The position numbers and the translations under genes were made by a program. 64,000 nucleotides of DNA from an uncultured Candidatus Rokubacteria bacterium. GTDB lineage: Bacteria; Methylomirabilota; Methylomirabilia; Rokubacteriales; CSP1-6. The notes beneath the pieces are model-generated. The model did no database searches. It saw only the letters and a program-made list of their open reading frames with translations, and was not told the DNA's origin. Of this stretch, positions 51,957 through 62,614 are shown one piece after another. Each line of letters opens with the position of its first letter. Positions within the stretch are counted from its first letter, which is position 1. Where the stretch lies: positions 1-64,000 of the forward strand of contig CAVWFS010000003.1 of the NCBI GenBank assembly GCA_963754315.1, written 5' to 3'.

Positions 51957-53179
51957 GCACCGAGCGGCTCCTGACCCGCAACTTCGATCGACCAGGGTCC
52001 CACACCTTGGCCGTCTATCGGGAGACTGGCGGCTACACAGCCATGGAGCGAGCGCGGGCCATGGAGCCGACCGCCATCATCGAGGTGGTCAAGACGTCGA
52101 ATCTGCGAGGTCTGGGCGGCGCCGGCTTCCCCACCGGGACGAAGTGGTCATTCATCCCCAAGAACCACACGGGACCGGTGTATCTCGTGGTCAACGCCGA
52201 CGAGGGCGAGCCCGGGACGTTCAAGGACCGCTATCTGCTCGAGCGCGATCCTCACGCGCTCATCGAGGGAATGCTGATCGCGGCTCGGGCCATCCGATCC
52301 CGGCTGGGTTTCGTGTACATCCGGGGTGAGTACGTCGAGCCGTGGCGTCGCTTCCGGGGCGCCGTGCAGGAAGCCTACGCGGCCGGTCTGCTCGGCGGCG
52401 ACTTCGACATCGTGGTCCATCGGGGAGCTGGCGCCTATATTTGCGGGGAGGAAACGGGGCTCATCTCCTCGCTCGAGGGCAAGAAGGGCTGGCCCAAGCT
52501 CAAGCCCCCGTTCCCCGCCATCAAGGGGGCCTTTGGCGCTCCCACCATCGTGAACAACGTGGAAACGCTCTGTCACATCCCCCACATCATCAACCGTGGC
52601 GGTGAATGGTTCGCCGCGCTTGGCACCAAGACCCAGGGCGGGACCCGGATCTACTCCGTGTCTGGGCGGGTGAAGCGCCCGGCAATCTACGAGACGCCCG
52701 TGAGTGTCACCTTGCGCCAGCTCATCTACGACCATGCGGGCGGTGTCACCGGGAACGGACGCCTGAAGGCGGTGGTGCCGGGCGGTTCCTCGGCCGCCAT
52801 TCTCACTGCCGACCAGATCGACGTGACGATGGACGTGGATGGTCTGCGCAATGCAGGCTCGATGATCGGCTCGGCCGGGGTCGTCGTCATGGATGAGACC
52901 GTATCGATTCCGGAGGCCCTCCTGGTGGTGGCCCGCTTTTACGCGCACGAGAGCTGCGGCCAGTGCACCCCCTGTCGAGAGTCCACCGGCTGGATCTACA
53001 AGATGGTCCACCGGATCGTGGACGGACACGGACGCAAGGAAGATCTGGACACCATCGTCGACGTGGCCCGCCGGGGCGCCGGCACGACCATCTGTGCCTT
53101 CTACGACGGGGCAGTGGGGCCGTACATCTCCTACGTCGAGAAGTTTCGATCCGAATTCGAGAGCCTGCTCGCGCACTAG
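51953..53179 (+). CDS. nuoF: NADH:quinone oxidoreductase subunit F
   Basis: LRGLGGAGFP, NADEGEPGTFKD, GAGAYICGEE, ESCGQCTPC. Confidence 0.97.
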   Translation: MSTERLLTRNFDRPGSHTLAVYRETGGYTAMERARAMEPTAIIEVVKTSNLRGLGGAGFPTGTKWSFIPKNHTGPVYLVVNADEGEPGTFKDRYLLERDPHALIEGMLIAARAIRSRLGFVYIRGEYVEPWRRFRGAVQEAYAAGLLGGDFDIVVHRGAGAYICGEETGLISSLEGKKGWPKLKPPFPAIKGAFGAPTIVNNVETLCHIPHIINRGGEWFAALGTKTQGGTRIYSVSGRVKRPAIYETPVSVTLRQLIYDHAGGVTGNGRLKAVVPGGSSAAILTADQIDVTMDVDGLRNAGSMIGSAGVVVMDETVSIPEALLVVARFYAHESCGQCTPCRESTGWIYKMVHRIVDGHGRKEDLDTIVDVARRGAGTTICAFYDGAVGPYISYVEKFRSEFESLLAH

Positions 53180-53182
53180 CCC

Positions 53183-54793
53183 ATGCCCAAGCTCACCATC
53201 GACGGCAAGGAGATCGAGGTGCCCCCGGGCACGAACCTCATCGAGGCTGCGCGGAGGGCCGGGGTAGAGGTCCCCCACTACTGCTATCACCCGGGACTAT
53301 CGGTGGCCGGGCAGTGTCGCCTCTGCATGGTCGACATCGAGAAGGCGCCCAAGCCGACCATCGCCTGCAATACCCAGGCGACGGAGGGCATGGTCGTCCT
53401 CACCGAGACGGATCGGGTGCGAGAGACTCGGCAGTCCATCATGGAGTTTCACCTCATCAATCATCCGCTCGACTGCCCCGTGTGCGATCAGGCCGGGGAG
53501 TGTTTCCTCCAGATCTACTACATGAAGCACGGCCTCTACGATCCGCGCATGGTCGACGAGAAAGTGCACAAGCCAAAGGCGGTGCCGCTCGGACCTCACG
53601 TCATCCTCGATGCCGAACGCTGCATTCTCTGCTCGCGCTGCGTCCGCTTCTGCGACGAGGTCACGGGCACCGGGGAGCTCGGGATCTTCAACCGGGGCGA
53701 TCACTCGGAGATCGGGCTCTTTCCCGGCACGACCCTCGACAACAAGTACAGCGGCAACACGGTGGACATCTGCCCGGTGGGTGCCCTCACCGATCGCGAC
53801 TTCCGCTTCCAGGTCCGCGTGTGGTATCTCGACACCGCCAAGTCGATCTGTCCCGGGTGCGCGCGCGGCTGCAACATCGAGGTCCACGTGAACCGGCGGC
53901 GACCACACCACGCCCAGGGCCGTCGAGTGGCGCGCCTGAAGCCGCGATTCAATCCGGACGTGAACCGGTGGTGGATATGCGATGCCGGACGCTACGGGTT
54001 CGGCGCCGTCGATGACCCGAGCCGCCTCACCCACCCCGCGCGGCGCTCGGGCGGGACCGCCAAGATGGTGACCTGGGAGGAGGCGATCGCCGTTCTGGCA
54101 GACCTTCTCCTGACCGGCGCCGGCACGCTTGGTATGATCGCCTCGCCCACCCTGGCCAACGAGGACCTCTTTGCGCTGCGCCGCCTGCTGGAGGCACGCG
54201 CTCTGACCCGCATCGGCTTCCGGGTGCCCCCCGCGTTGGCAGGGGATCAGGACGACTTCCTCATCCGCGCCGACAAGAATCCGAACACGCGCGGGGCCGA
54301 GCTGATGGGCCTCGACGGCGATGTGGCCGCCATCCTCGCCGACGCACGGGCGGGGCATCTGGACGCCCTCTGGGTCTTCCAGCACGATCTCTTCGACAGT
54401 GCGTGGCCGGAGGCCGACGTGGAGGGGGCTCTGGCTGCCGTGCGAACACTCGTGTTCATGGGAACCAACACCAACCGGACCAGCGCGCGGGCCCACCTTG
54501 TCTTGCCGAGCGCGGCGTGGGTGGAACGGGACGGGACGTTCACGAACTTCGAGGGACGAGTGCAGCGTTTTCGGACGGCCGTGGAGCCGCTCGGCGAGGC
54601 GCGGCCGGTGTGGGCAGCCCTGGGACAGCTGCTGGCCGTGGTCGGTGCCGACCCGCAAGCCTCCCGCACCGCGCACTGGTTTCGCATGCTGGCCACGACC
54701 GTGCCCGCCTTTGGCGGCATGACCTACGAATCGATCGGCGACAGCGGGCAGACGATCCTGGCCGCGGGCTCGACCGCCGAGCCGCGCGGGTGA
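53183..54793 (+). CDS. nuoG: NADH:quinone oxidoreductase subunit G (short, 536 aa)
   Basis: HYCYH..CRLC, HPLDCPVCDQAGEC, CILCSRC, ICPVGAL, CPGCARGC...C. Confidence 0.93.
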   Translation: MPKLTIDGKEIEVPPGTNLIEAARRAGVEVPHYCYHPGLSVAGQCRLCMVDIEKAPKPTIACNTQATEGMVVLTETDRVRETRQSIMEFHLINHPLDCPVCDQAGECFLQIYYMKHGLYDPRMVDEKVHKPKAVPLGPHVILDAERCILCSRCVRFCDEVTGTGELGIFNRGDHSEIGLFPGTTLDNKYSGNTVDICPVGALTDRDFRFQVRVWYLDTAKSICPGCARGCNIEVHVNRRRPHHAQGRRVARLKPRFNPDVNRWWICDAGRYGFGAVDDPSRLTHPARRSGGTAKMVTWEEAIAVLADLLLTGAGTLGMIASPTLANEDLFALRRLLEARALTRIGFRVPPALAGDQDDFLIRADKNPNTRGAELMGLDGDVAAILADARAGHLDALWVFQHDLFDSAWPEADVEGALAAVRTLVFMGTNTNRTSARAHLVLPSAAWVERDGTFTNFEGRVQRFRTAVEPLGEARPVWAALGQLLAVVGADPQASRTAHWFRMLATTVPAFGGMTYESIGDSGQTILAAGSTAEPRG

Positions 54794-55887
54794 CGACGGT
54801 CGTCGACCTCGGCATCGTCCTCGGGCGCGTGCTCTTCGTGATGCTCTTCGTCCTGAACCTGGGCGGGGTGCTCACGTGGGTAGAGCGCAAGCAGTCGGCG
54901 ATCATGCAGGATCGCATCGGCGCCAACCGGGCCTCGATCTTCGGGCTTCGCATGATTGGGCTCTTCCACCCGCTGGCGGACGCTATCAAGATGCTGACCA
55001 AAGAAGACTTCCTTCCTGCCCGGGCGGATCGCTTCCTGTTCAAGCTGGCTCCGTTCGTCTCGGTCTTCTTCGCCCTGGTGGCGTTTGGCTCCATCCCGTT
55101 CGGTGACACGTTACGGGTAGCCGGGCGCGAGATCCCGCTGCAGGCCATCACCCTGAACGTGGGTGTGCTCTATGTGCTCGCCATGCTCTCGCTCGGCGTG
55201 TACGGGGTCATGATGGCGGGCTGGTCCTCGGCCAACAACTACGCGCTCATCGGAGGCCAGCGGGCGGCGGCCCTCATGATCTCGGCCGAGATCGCCATCG
55301 GCGCGTCCATCGTCGGGGTGATCATGGTCTACGGGTCCCTCAACATGATGGACATCGTGCGGGCCCAGGGACAGTACTTGTGGGGCTGGATTCCCTTGTG
55401 GGGGATCGTGACCCAGCCCCTGGCGTTCATCCTCTTCCTCACGGCGGGGGTGGCCGCCACCAAGCGCATCCCCTTCGACATGCCCGAGGGAGAATCCGAG
55501 ATCATCGGGTACTTCGTGGAATACAGCGGCATGAAGTTCGGCATGTTCGCGATGGCGGACTTCCTGGAAACCGTGGTGATCGCGGGCATGACGACCGCGC
55601 TCTTCCTGGGTGGCTGGCAGATCCCGTACCTCGCCCCCGACGGGTTCCACTGGCCATGGGGGGCGGCCCTGACCCTTCCGCACCTGGCGGTGGTCCTCCT
55701 GCAGGTGGGGGCCTTCGTGTTCAAGGTTGTGGCCATGATCTTCGTCCTGATGCTCGTGCGGTGGACGCTTCCGCGCTTTCGCTACGATCAGGCGATGCGT
55801 CTGGGCTGGCTCGGGCTCTTTCCGCTCTCCATCGCCAACATCGTGGTCACGGGGGCCGCCATCCTCCTGCTGGGGGGGCGGTCATGA
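54790..55887 (+). CDS. nuoH: NADH:quinone oxidoreductase subunit H (operon 2)
   Basis: ERK..MQDRIG, PLADAIK, PFDMPEGESE, PRFRYDQ. Confidence 0.95.
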   Translation: MTTVVDLGIVLGRVLFVMLFVLNLGGVLTWVERKQSAIMQDRIGANRASIFGLRMIGLFHPLADAIKMLTKEDFLPARADRFLFKLAPFVSVFFALVAFGSIPFGDTLRVAGREIPLQAITLNVGVLYVLAMLSLGVYGVMMAGWSSANNYALIGGQRAAALMISAEIAIGASIVGVIMVYGSLNMMDIVRAQGQYLWGWIPLWGIVTQPLAFILFLTAGVAATKRIPFDMPEGESEIIGYFVEYSGMKFGMFAMADFLETVVIAGMTTALFLGGWQIPYLAPDGFHWPWGAALTLPHLAVVLLQVGAFVFKVVAMIFVLMLVRWTLPRFRYDQAMRLGWLGLFPLSIANIVVTGAAILLLGGRS

Positions 55888-56423
55888 ACTTGCGCCAGCG
55901 CTTCTATATAGTCGAGATCCTTTCGGGGCTCGCGCTGACCGCGCAGCACTTCTTCCGTAATATGGGTCGCCATGTGGCGCGGGCCCTCGGGTGGCGCGGA
56001 CCGCGGGGGGCGGTCACCATCCAGTATCCGGAGGAGCGACGGCCCTACGCGCCCCGGCTGCGCTCGCTGCATCGCCTCGTCCGCCGCGAAGACGGCTCCC
56101 CGCGCTGCGTCGCATGCATGATGTGCGAAACCGTGTGCCCCGCCCACTGCATCTACATCGTCGCCGACGAGCACCCCAATCCCGAGATCGAGAAGATGCC
56201 CCAGCGCTTCGACATCGATCTGGGCAAGTGCGTGTTCTGCGGGTACTGCGTGGAGGCCTGCCCCGAGGACGCCATCCGCATGGACACGGGCATCCTGGAA
56301 TTCTCCGCATTCAGCCGGCAAGGGATGATCTACACCAAGGAGACGTTGTTGGCCCTGGAGCCAGCAGGAGCAGACGGAACGCCGCGTTCTCCCGTTCCCA
56401 TTCCCGCGGATAGGACCCTCTGA
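55884..56423 (+). CDS. nuoI: NADH:quinone oxidoreductase subunit I (operon 2)
   Basis: CVACMMCETVCP and CVFCGYCVEACP. Confidence 0.96.
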   Translation: MNLRQRFYIVEILSGLALTAQHFFRNMGRHVARALGWRGPRGAVTIQYPEERRPYAPRLRSLHRLVRREDGSPRCVACMMCETVCPAHCIYIVADEHPNPEIEKMPQRFDIDLGKCVFCGYCVEACPEDAIRMDTGILEFSAFSRQGMIYTKETLLALEPAGADGTPRSPVPIPADRTL

Positions 56424-56914
56424 TGACCCTGGTCGTCTTCCTGGTGGTGGCCGTCACGGCCATCGGCTCCGCCCTCGGCCTCATCCTGAAACGCAACCCC
56501 ATCCACGGCGCGCTCTTCCTGGTGGTCAACCTGGGCAGCATCGCCGTCCTCTACCTCATGCTGGGCGCCGAGTTTTTGGCCCTCGCCCAGGTGATCATCT
56601 ATGCGGGCGCCATCATGGTGCTGTTCGTGTTCGCCATCATGGTGCTCATTCCGGGCAAGGAAGAAACCGGGCCCGATCCCCTCCGCAAGGTACGCGTGCT
56701 AGCCCTGCCCGTGGGCGGGTTGCTCCTGATCATGCTGATCGCGGTGGTGGGACGTCTGGGGGCCAGGCCGGTCCCGTCTGCGCCTGCCCCGGCCGGGGTG
56801 GAGGCCCTGGGGCGGGTGCTCTTCACCGACTACTTGCTTCCCTTCGAGCTGACCTCGGTGCTGCTGCTGGCGGCCATGGTCGGCGTGCTGCTCCTGGCGC
56901 GGCGCAAGGCCTAA
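56423..56914 (+). CDS. nuoJ: NADH:quinone oxidoreductase subunit J (operon 2)
   Basis: [24 protein letters not shown]. Confidence 0.95.
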   Translation: MTLVVFLVVAVTAIGSALGLILKRNPIHGALFLVVNLGSIAVLYLMLGAEFLALAQVIIYAGAIMVLFVFAIMVLIPGKEETGPDPLRKVRVLALPVGGLLLIMLIAVVGRLGARPVPSAPAPAGVEALGRVLFTDYLLPFELTSVLLLAAMVGVLLLARRKA

Positions 56915-56918
56915 CCGC

Positions 56919-57221
56919 GTGGTGCCCGAGTCGTACTACACGGCGCTGTCGGCAATTCTCTTCGCCATCGGGGTGGTCGGGGTGGTCATTCGCCGCAACC
57001 CGCTGGTGATCTTCATGTCGATCGAACTCATGCTCAACGCGGCCAACCTCGCTCTGGTGGCGTTCGCGCACCGGCTTGGTAACCTGGAGGGACAGGTGCT
57101 CGTATTTTTCGTGATGGCGGTGGCGGCGGCCGAAGTCGCCGTCGGGCTCGCCATCATCGTCACCATTTTCCGGCAGCGTACGCGGCTCTCGATAGACGAT
57201 CTCAGTCTCATGCGCTGGTAA
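56919..57221 (+). CDS. nuoK: NADH:quinone oxidoreductase subunit K (operon 2)
   Basis: [20 protein letters not shown]. Confidence 0.95.
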   Translation: MVPESYYTALSAILFAIGVVGVVIRRNPLVIFMSIELMLNAANLALVAFAHRLGNLEGQVLVFFVMAVAAAEVAVGLAIIVTIFRQRTRLSIDDLSLMRW

Positions 57222-57242
57222 GGATCGGCGCAGGAGGAAGGC

Positions 57243-58265
57243 ATGGCCGAGACACGACAAGAGGCCCGGGCAGACCGGCCGGCGATGACACCGTCGCTCG
57301 CGATGGACGGTGAGCTGGCCCGGCATCTGCTCTGGCAGATGATGCTCATCCGCCGTTTCGAAGAGAAGGCGGCCGAGGCCTATGCGCTCGGCAAAATCGG
57401 CGGGTTTCTCCATTTGTATATCGGCGAGGAAGCGGTGGCGGTGGGCGCGACCTCGGTCCTCCGCCCCGACGACTATTCGGTGGCCGCCTACCGCGAGCAT
57501 GGGCACTGCCTGGCCAAGGGCGCAGACCCGCGGCGGGCCATGGCCGAGCTGTTCGGGCGACAGGACGGGCTGTCCAAGGGCAAGGGCGGCTCGATGCACC
57601 TGTTCGACAAGTCCGTCAACTTTCTGGGGGGACACGCCATCGTGGGCTCGCACCTGCCCCTGGCGGCGGGAGTGGGTTTCGCCATCAAGTACCAGGGTGG
57701 AGACCAGGTCATCGTCTGCTACTTCGGCGACGGCGCCGTGCCGGAGGGGGAGTTCCACGAGGCCATGAATTTGGCCAGCCTCTGGAAGCTGCCTGTCATC
57801 TTCCTCTGCGAGAACAACCGCTACGCCATGGGCACCTCGCTCGAGCGGGCCCTGGCCGAGACGGAGATCTGGAAGTTCGGCCGTGCCTACAACATGCCCT
57901 GTGAGCCGGTGGACGGTATGGACGTGTTGGCCGTGCGCGAGGCGGTCGGCCGAGCCGTCGCCCGCGCTCGCACGGACAAGCACCCCACCCTCATCGAAGC
58001 GAGGACCTATCGATTCCGCGGTCATTCCATGCGCGATCCCGCCGGCGCGGTGTATCGCACCAAGGAGGAGGTCGAGCGTGAGAAGGAGCGCGATCCCATC
58101 GTGCTCTTCCGTGACCGCGCCCTCGGGGAGGGGTGGCTTACAGAAACCGACGTGCGGACGATCGAGAAAGACGTCAACGACCGGATCGACGAGGCGGTGG
58201 CCTTCGCCGACGCCTCTCCCGAGCCCCCGGCCGAGTGGCTCTTCACCGACATCTACAAGGACTAG
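57243..58265 (+). CDS. pdhA: Pyruvate dehydrogenase E1 alpha
   Basis: KIGGFLHLYIGEEA, GKGGSMH, FGDGA, TYRFRGHSM.DP. Confidence 0.94.
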   Translation: MAETRQEARADRPAMTPSLAMDGELARHLLWQMMLIRRFEEKAAEAYALGKIGGFLHLYIGEEAVAVGATSVLRPDDYSVAAYREHGHCLAKGADPRRAMAELFGRQDGLSKGKGGSMHLFDKSVNFLGGHAIVGSHLPLAAGVGFAIKYQGGDQVIVCYFGDGAVPEGEFHEAMNLASLWKLPVIFLCENNRYAMGTSLERALAETEIWKFGRAYNMPCEPVDGMDVLAVREAVGRAVARARTDKHPTLIEARTYRFRGHSMRDPAGAVYRTKEEVEREKERDPIVLFRDRALGEGWLTETDVRTIEKDVNDRIDEAVAFADASPEPPAEWLFTDIYKD

Positions 58266-58269
58266 AGCC

Positions 58270-59265
58270 ATGGCGGTGATGACCTATCGCGAAGCCCTCA
58301 ACCTTGCCCTCCGCGAGGAGATGCGGCGTGATCCGCGCGTCTTCGTGATCGGCGAGGAAGTTGGGCTCTATGAAGGCGCCTACAAGGTCACCCAGGGGCT
58401 CTTGAAAGAATTCGGTCCCGCGCGCGTGGTGGACACGCCGATCGCGGAGTCCGGCTTCACGGGCGTCGGCATCGGGGCGGCCATGGTCGGCTTGCGTCCG
58501 GTCGTCGAGATGATGACGTTCAACTTCGCGCTGCTCGCCATGGACCAGATCGTGAACACAGCCGCCAAGCTCCACTACATGTCTGGCGGACAGTATCACG
58601 TGCCGCTCGTGATCCGCGGGCCGGGAGGGCCGGCCCACCAGCTCGCCGCCCAGCACTCGCAGTCGGTAGAGAGTTACTTCTATCACGTCCCTGGGCTCAA
58701 GGTGGTCCGGCCCTCCACCCCCATGGATGCCAAGGGCTTGCTCAAGGCCGCCATCCGGGACGACAACCCGGTCATCTTCATCGAGTCGGAGACGCTCTAC
58801 GCGCTCAAGGGCGAGGTGCCGGAGGACCCTGAGTTCGTCATTCCGTTGGGGAAAGCCATCGTTCGGCGCGAGGGCCGGGACGCGACGGTGGTCGCCTACA
58901 TGGGGATGATGTATCGGGCGCAGGAAGCGGCCGAGGAGCTGGCCCAGCAGGGAATCGAGATCGAGATCGTCGATCCTCGCACATTGCGTCCCATGGATAC
59001 CGCCACCATCATCGAGTCCGTCCGCAAGACCCACCGGGCGGTGGTGGTGGAGGCGGGCGCTGGCTTTGCCGGGATGGGCTCCGAGATCGCCTCGTTCATC
59101 ACCGAGCAGGCGTTCGACGACCTCGACGCACCGGTCGAGCGCGTCACCGGCGCCAATGCGCCGATGCCCTACGCGCGCAATCTCGAGCGCCTCAAGACGC
59201 CGTCGAAGGAGAAAATCATCGAGGCAGTGCGGCGGGTCTGCGCCGTCAACGGCGCGGGGAGCTAG
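58270..59265 (+). CDS. pdhB: Pyruvate dehydrogenase E1 beta
   Basis: GAYKVTQGL, DTPIAE, MTFNF, AAQHSQ. Confidence 0.94.
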   Translation: MAVMTYREALNLALREEMRRDPRVFVIGEEVGLYEGAYKVTQGLLKEFGPARVVDTPIAESGFTGVGIGAAMVGLRPVVEMMTFNFALLAMDQIVNTAAKLHYMSGGQYHVPLVIRGPGGPAHQLAAQHSQSVESYFYHVPGLKVVRPSTPMDAKGLLKAAIRDDNPVIFIESETLYALKGEVPEDPEFVIPLGKAIVRREGRDATVVAYMGMMYRAQEAAEELAQQGIEIEIVDPRTLRPMDTATIIESVRKTHRAVVVEAGAGFAGMGSEIASFITEQAFDDLDAPVERVTGANAPMPYARNLERLKTPSKEKIIEAVRRVCAVNGAGS

Positions 59266-59268
59266 CCC

Positions 59269-60675
59269 ATGGCCGTGACCAAGGTCGTCATGCCCAAGCT
59301 CTCCGAAGCCATGGAGACGGGCAAGGTCATCAAGTGGCTCAAGAAGGAGGGCGATCGGGTCGCGGGGGGCGACATCCTGGCCGAGGTGGAGACCGACAAG
59401 GCCGACGTAGAGATGGAGGCGTTCGGCGCCGGCGTTCTCCGCAAGATCCTTGTGCCGGCAGGTGGCCAGGTTCCCGTGGGTAGCCTCATCGCGGTCGTGG
59501 CCGAGCCCGGTGATGACATCGCCGCGTTGCTGGCCCAAGCCCCAGCGGTCCCTGCGTCAAGTCCTCCCGCCGCGCCCGCGCCGATAGCTGAGACCGGCGT
59601 CCCCGCCGCACCGCCGCCTGCCGCGATCAGTTCCCAGGCTGCGTCGGCCCAGAGCCGCCCCACCGGGCAGCCCACGCCGGCGCCCGCTGTCCCCCTCAAG
59701 GTGGCCGCCTCGACGCCCACTGCCCCCATTGCGCCCACGGTCCCCGCTCAGCCGCCTGCCGCGCCAAAGTCACTGCCTCAGCGGCCCGCAGCGGCCGTAC
59801 CGGTCGCGGGCCCGTCCGCGCCACAGTCGGTCCGCGTCAAGGCCTCCCCATTGGCCCGGAAGATCGCGGCGCAATGGGGCGTCGACCTCAGCCACGTGCA
59901 GGGCAGTGGGCCTGGCGGTCGTATCATCCGCCGCGACGTCGAGGCGGCGGCGAGCACCGTCCAGCCGGATGCGCCGGCAGCGGTCGGCGCCGAGTTCGAA
60001 GATCTGCCGATGTCGCCCATTCGCGCCACCATCGCCCGACGCATGCCGCTGTCCAAGGCGCCAGTCCCGCATTTCTACGTGAGCAGCGAGGTCGCCATGG
60101 ACCGCGCGTGGGTCTTACGCGAGGAACTGAATGCGCTCGAAGGCCGGCCGAAGATTTCCCTGAACGACCTCATCGTCCGCGCCTGCGGCCTGGTGCTGAT
60201 CGAGCACCCTGGGGTGAACGCATCGTTCCAGGGAGAGACGATTCGTGTGTTCCACCGGGCACACATCGGCGTCGCGGTCGCGCTCCCCGACGGGCTCATC
60301 ACGCCCGTCCTGCGTGACTGTCAGGCCAAGTCGCTGACCCAGATCGCCGTCGAGTCGCGCGATCTCGCCGAGCGCGCCCGGGGCCGCAAGCTCAAGGTCA
60401 GCGAGATGAGCGGAGCGACCTTCTCGATCTCGAACCTTGGCATGTTCGACGTCACCGAGTTCTCGGCTATCATCAATCCCCCGGAGGGCGCCATCCTGGC
60501 CGTGGGCGCTGTTCGTCGCCTCCCCGTGGTGGATGCCGCCGGCACCCTCGGAGTCGGACGCCGGATGATGCTCACCTTATCCTGTGACCATCGGGTGATG
60601 GACGGCGCCATGGGCGCCCGCTTCCTGCAAGATCTGAGGCGCGTGCTCGAAGAACCGCTGCGGCTTCTGGTGTAA
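59269..60675 (+). CDS. pdhC: Dihydrolipoamide acetyltransferase E2
   Basis: ETDKA lipoyl Lys, Pro/Ala linker, KASPLAR E3-binding domain, DHRVMDG. Confidence 0.95.
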   Translation: MAVTKVVMPKLSEAMETGKVIKWLKKEGDRVAGGDILAEVETDKADVEMEAFGAGVLRKILVPAGGQVPVGSLIAVVAEPGDDIAALLAQAPAVPASSPPAAPAPIAETGVPAAPPPAAISSQAASAQSRPTGQPTPAPAVPLKVAASTPTAPIAPTVPAQPPAAPKSLPQRPAAAVPVAGPSAPQSVRVKASPLARKIAAQWGVDLSHVQGSGPGGRIIRRDVEAAASTVQPDAPAAVGAEFEDLPMSPIRATIARRMPLSKAPVPHFYVSSEVAMDRAWVLREELNALEGRPKISLNDLIVRACGLVLIEHPGVNASFQGETIRVFHRAHIGVAVALPDGLITPVLRDCQAKSLTQIAVESRDLAERARGRKLKVSEMSGATFSISNLGMFDVTEFSAIINPPEGAILAVGAVRRLPVVDAAGTLGVGRRMMLTLSCDHRVMDGAMGARFLQDLRRVLEEPLRLLV

Positions 60676-60679
60676 CCGG

Positions 60680-62062
60680 ATGCCCACCCACACCGCGGAC
60701 GTGGCGGTGCTCGGAACGGGCCCCGGCGGCTACGTGGCCGCCATCCGCTGCGCCCAGCTAGGTCTCTCCGTCGTCGCGGTGGAGGACGACCGCCCAGGGG
60801 GCGTCTGCCTGAACTGGGGTTGTATTCCTACCAAGGCGCTCCTTCGTAACGCCGAGGTTGTCCACCTCTTCCATCGCGCCGCTGAGTTCGGCATCCGGGT
60901 GACCGGCTTCGAGGCCGACTACGCGGAGGCAGTGCGTCGGAGCCGCCGGGTCGCCGATCGAATGGCCAAGGGCGTGGAATTCCTGTTCCGGAAGAACAAG
61001 ATCACATTGATCTCCGGACGGGGGCGGCTCCTCGGCCCCACGACCATCGAGGTCGCGACCGCGGGCGGGCCCGAGCGGATCGAGGCACGCGCCATCATCG
61101 TGGCCACCGGCGCCGAGCCCAAATCGCTTCCAGGAGTCACCATCGACGAGGAGCGAGTGATGTCCTCCAACGGTGCCGTGCGCCGCGAGCGAGCCCCGAA
61201 GTCTCTCATCGTCATCGGCGCCGGTGCGGTGGGGGTAGAGTTCGCGGACGTCTACAATGCCTACGGCACCGAAGTCACCCTCCTGGAGGCCTTGCCGCGC
61301 CTCCTGCCCATCGAGGACGAGGAAGTCTCAGCTCAGCTGGCCCGCAGCCTGACACGCCGAAATATCGCCCTCAAAACGGGGGTCAAGGTCACCTCCGTGA
61401 AGACGGGGACCGCCGGCGTGGTTGTGGAGACGGACGGCGGCCGTCTAGAGGCCGAACAGATCCTCATGGCGGTTGGACGCGCCGCGCGTGTCTCGGGCAT
61501 CGGCCTTGAAACGCTCGGGGTAAAGCTCGAGCGCGGCTTCGTCGCGGTGTCCCCACACATGGCGACCTCGGTCCCAGGGCTCTACGCCATCGGGGATGCG
61601 GCAGGGCGGCAGCTCCTTGCTCACAAGGCCATGGCTGAGGGGGTGGTGGCGGCCGAGGCGATCGCCGGCCGTGATCCCCGCCCCGTCGACTACACGAATG
61701 TCCCGTCGTGCACCTACTGTCGACCCCAGGTTGCCTCGATCGGCATGACGGAGGCGGAGGCTCGCCAGGGAGGGCGTGAGGTGCGTCTCGGGAAGTTCCC
61801 GTTCACGGCAAGCGGCAAGGCGGTGGCACTCGGCGAGACAGACGGCTTCGTCAAAGTTGTGGCAGATCAGAAGAGTGGGGAGATTCTCGGCGTGCACATC
61901 ATCGGGCCCGAGGCGACCGAGATCATCCACGAGTTCGCCGTGGGGCGCACCCTCGAAGCGACACTGGAGGAGATCATCCACACGATCCACGCGCATCCGA
62001 CCCTCTCGGAGGCGGCCTTGGAAGCGACGCTGGCTGCTCTTGGCCAGGCCATACATCTTTAG
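60680..62062 (+). CDS. lpdA: Dihydrolipoyl dehydrogenase E3
   Basis: GGVCLNWGCIPTK, HAHPTLSE. Confidence 0.97.
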   Translation: MPTHTADVAVLGTGPGGYVAAIRCAQLGLSVVAVEDDRPGGVCLNWGCIPTKALLRNAEVVHLFHRAAEFGIRVTGFEADYAEAVRRSRRVADRMAKGVEFLFRKNKITLISGRGRLLGPTTIEVATAGGPERIEARAIIVATGAEPKSLPGVTIDEERVMSSNGAVRRERAPKSLIVIGAGAVGVEFADVYNAYGTEVTLLEALPRLLPIEDEEVSAQLARSLTRRNIALKTGVKVTSVKTGTAGVVVETDGGRLEAEQILMAVGRAARVSGIGLETLGVKLERGFVAVSPHMATSVPGLYAIGDAAGRQLLAHKAMAEGVVAAEAIAGRDPRPVDYTNVPSCTYCRPQVASIGMTEAEARQGGREVRLGKFPFTASGKAVALGETDGFVKVVADQKSGEILGVHIIGPEATEIIHEFAVGRTLEATLEEIIHTIHAHPTLSEAALEATLAALGQAIHL

Positions 62063-62064
62063 GA

Positions 62065-62198
62065 GTCGGGGGGAGCGAGCGCCGCTCCTCCCCGACACCC
62101 CCCACCGCTTTCGGAACGTCGTCGGGGGGAGCGAGCGCCGCTCCTCCCCGACACCCCCCACCGCTTTCGGAACGTCGTCGGGGGGAGCGAGCGCCGCT
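62065..62198 (+). repeat. Exact 56-bp tandem repeat (about 2.4 copies) with hairpin
   Basis: gtcggggggagcgagcgccgctcctccccgacaccccccaccgctttcggaacgtc at 62065 and 62121, partial at 62177. Confidence 0.95.
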
Positions 62199-62341
62199 AC
62201 CTGCGGGGCTACGGCCTCCTCACGCTACCGCGGCCCGACCCCCCACCATGATTCGAAATGAAGTCAGGGAAGAGAATTGCCACTCGGACATTTCCCGACC
62301 GCTTGCGGATGAAGGCAGGGGAACATTGTGAAGGAGGGCGC

Positions 62342-62614
62342 GTGAGAAACGGGCTCGTGGTGCTGGTACTGATGATGGTCACCGTAGCTTGTGCGAAGCA
62401 GGCTGAGCGGATCACGTGGAGCAAGGAAGGGGACACGGCAACCGCCCGTGCCCACGCGGAGGCCGAGTGCGCGAACGCAGCCAGCAACGCTCGAGCGACC
62501 GTGCCGTACGCCGGAACGATCGCGGGACCGCCGCGTAGCATTGACCTTGCCGGCCAGGGCCGTGAGGGCTACGTCGCATGCATGGAGTCGAAGGGATATA
62601 CAAGGGATGATTGA
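62342..62614 (+). CDS. Small putative lipoprotein with two further Cys
   Basis: GGAGG RBS; hydrophobic leader ending TVAC; WSKEG...EC...CMESKGY. Confidence 0.7.
   Translation: MRNGLVVLVLMMVTVACAKQAERITWSKEGDTATARAHAEAECANAASNARATVPYAGTIAGPPRSIDLAGQGREGYVACMESKGYTRDD

Noticed and set aside
59520..59830. Pro/Ala-rich low-complexity segment as a novel repeat
   Set aside because: Ordinary flexible linker of E2 subunits; the SecG tail is similar.
62065..62198. Possible mini-CRISPR
   Set aside because: Exact head-to-tail 56-bp duplication without spacers.
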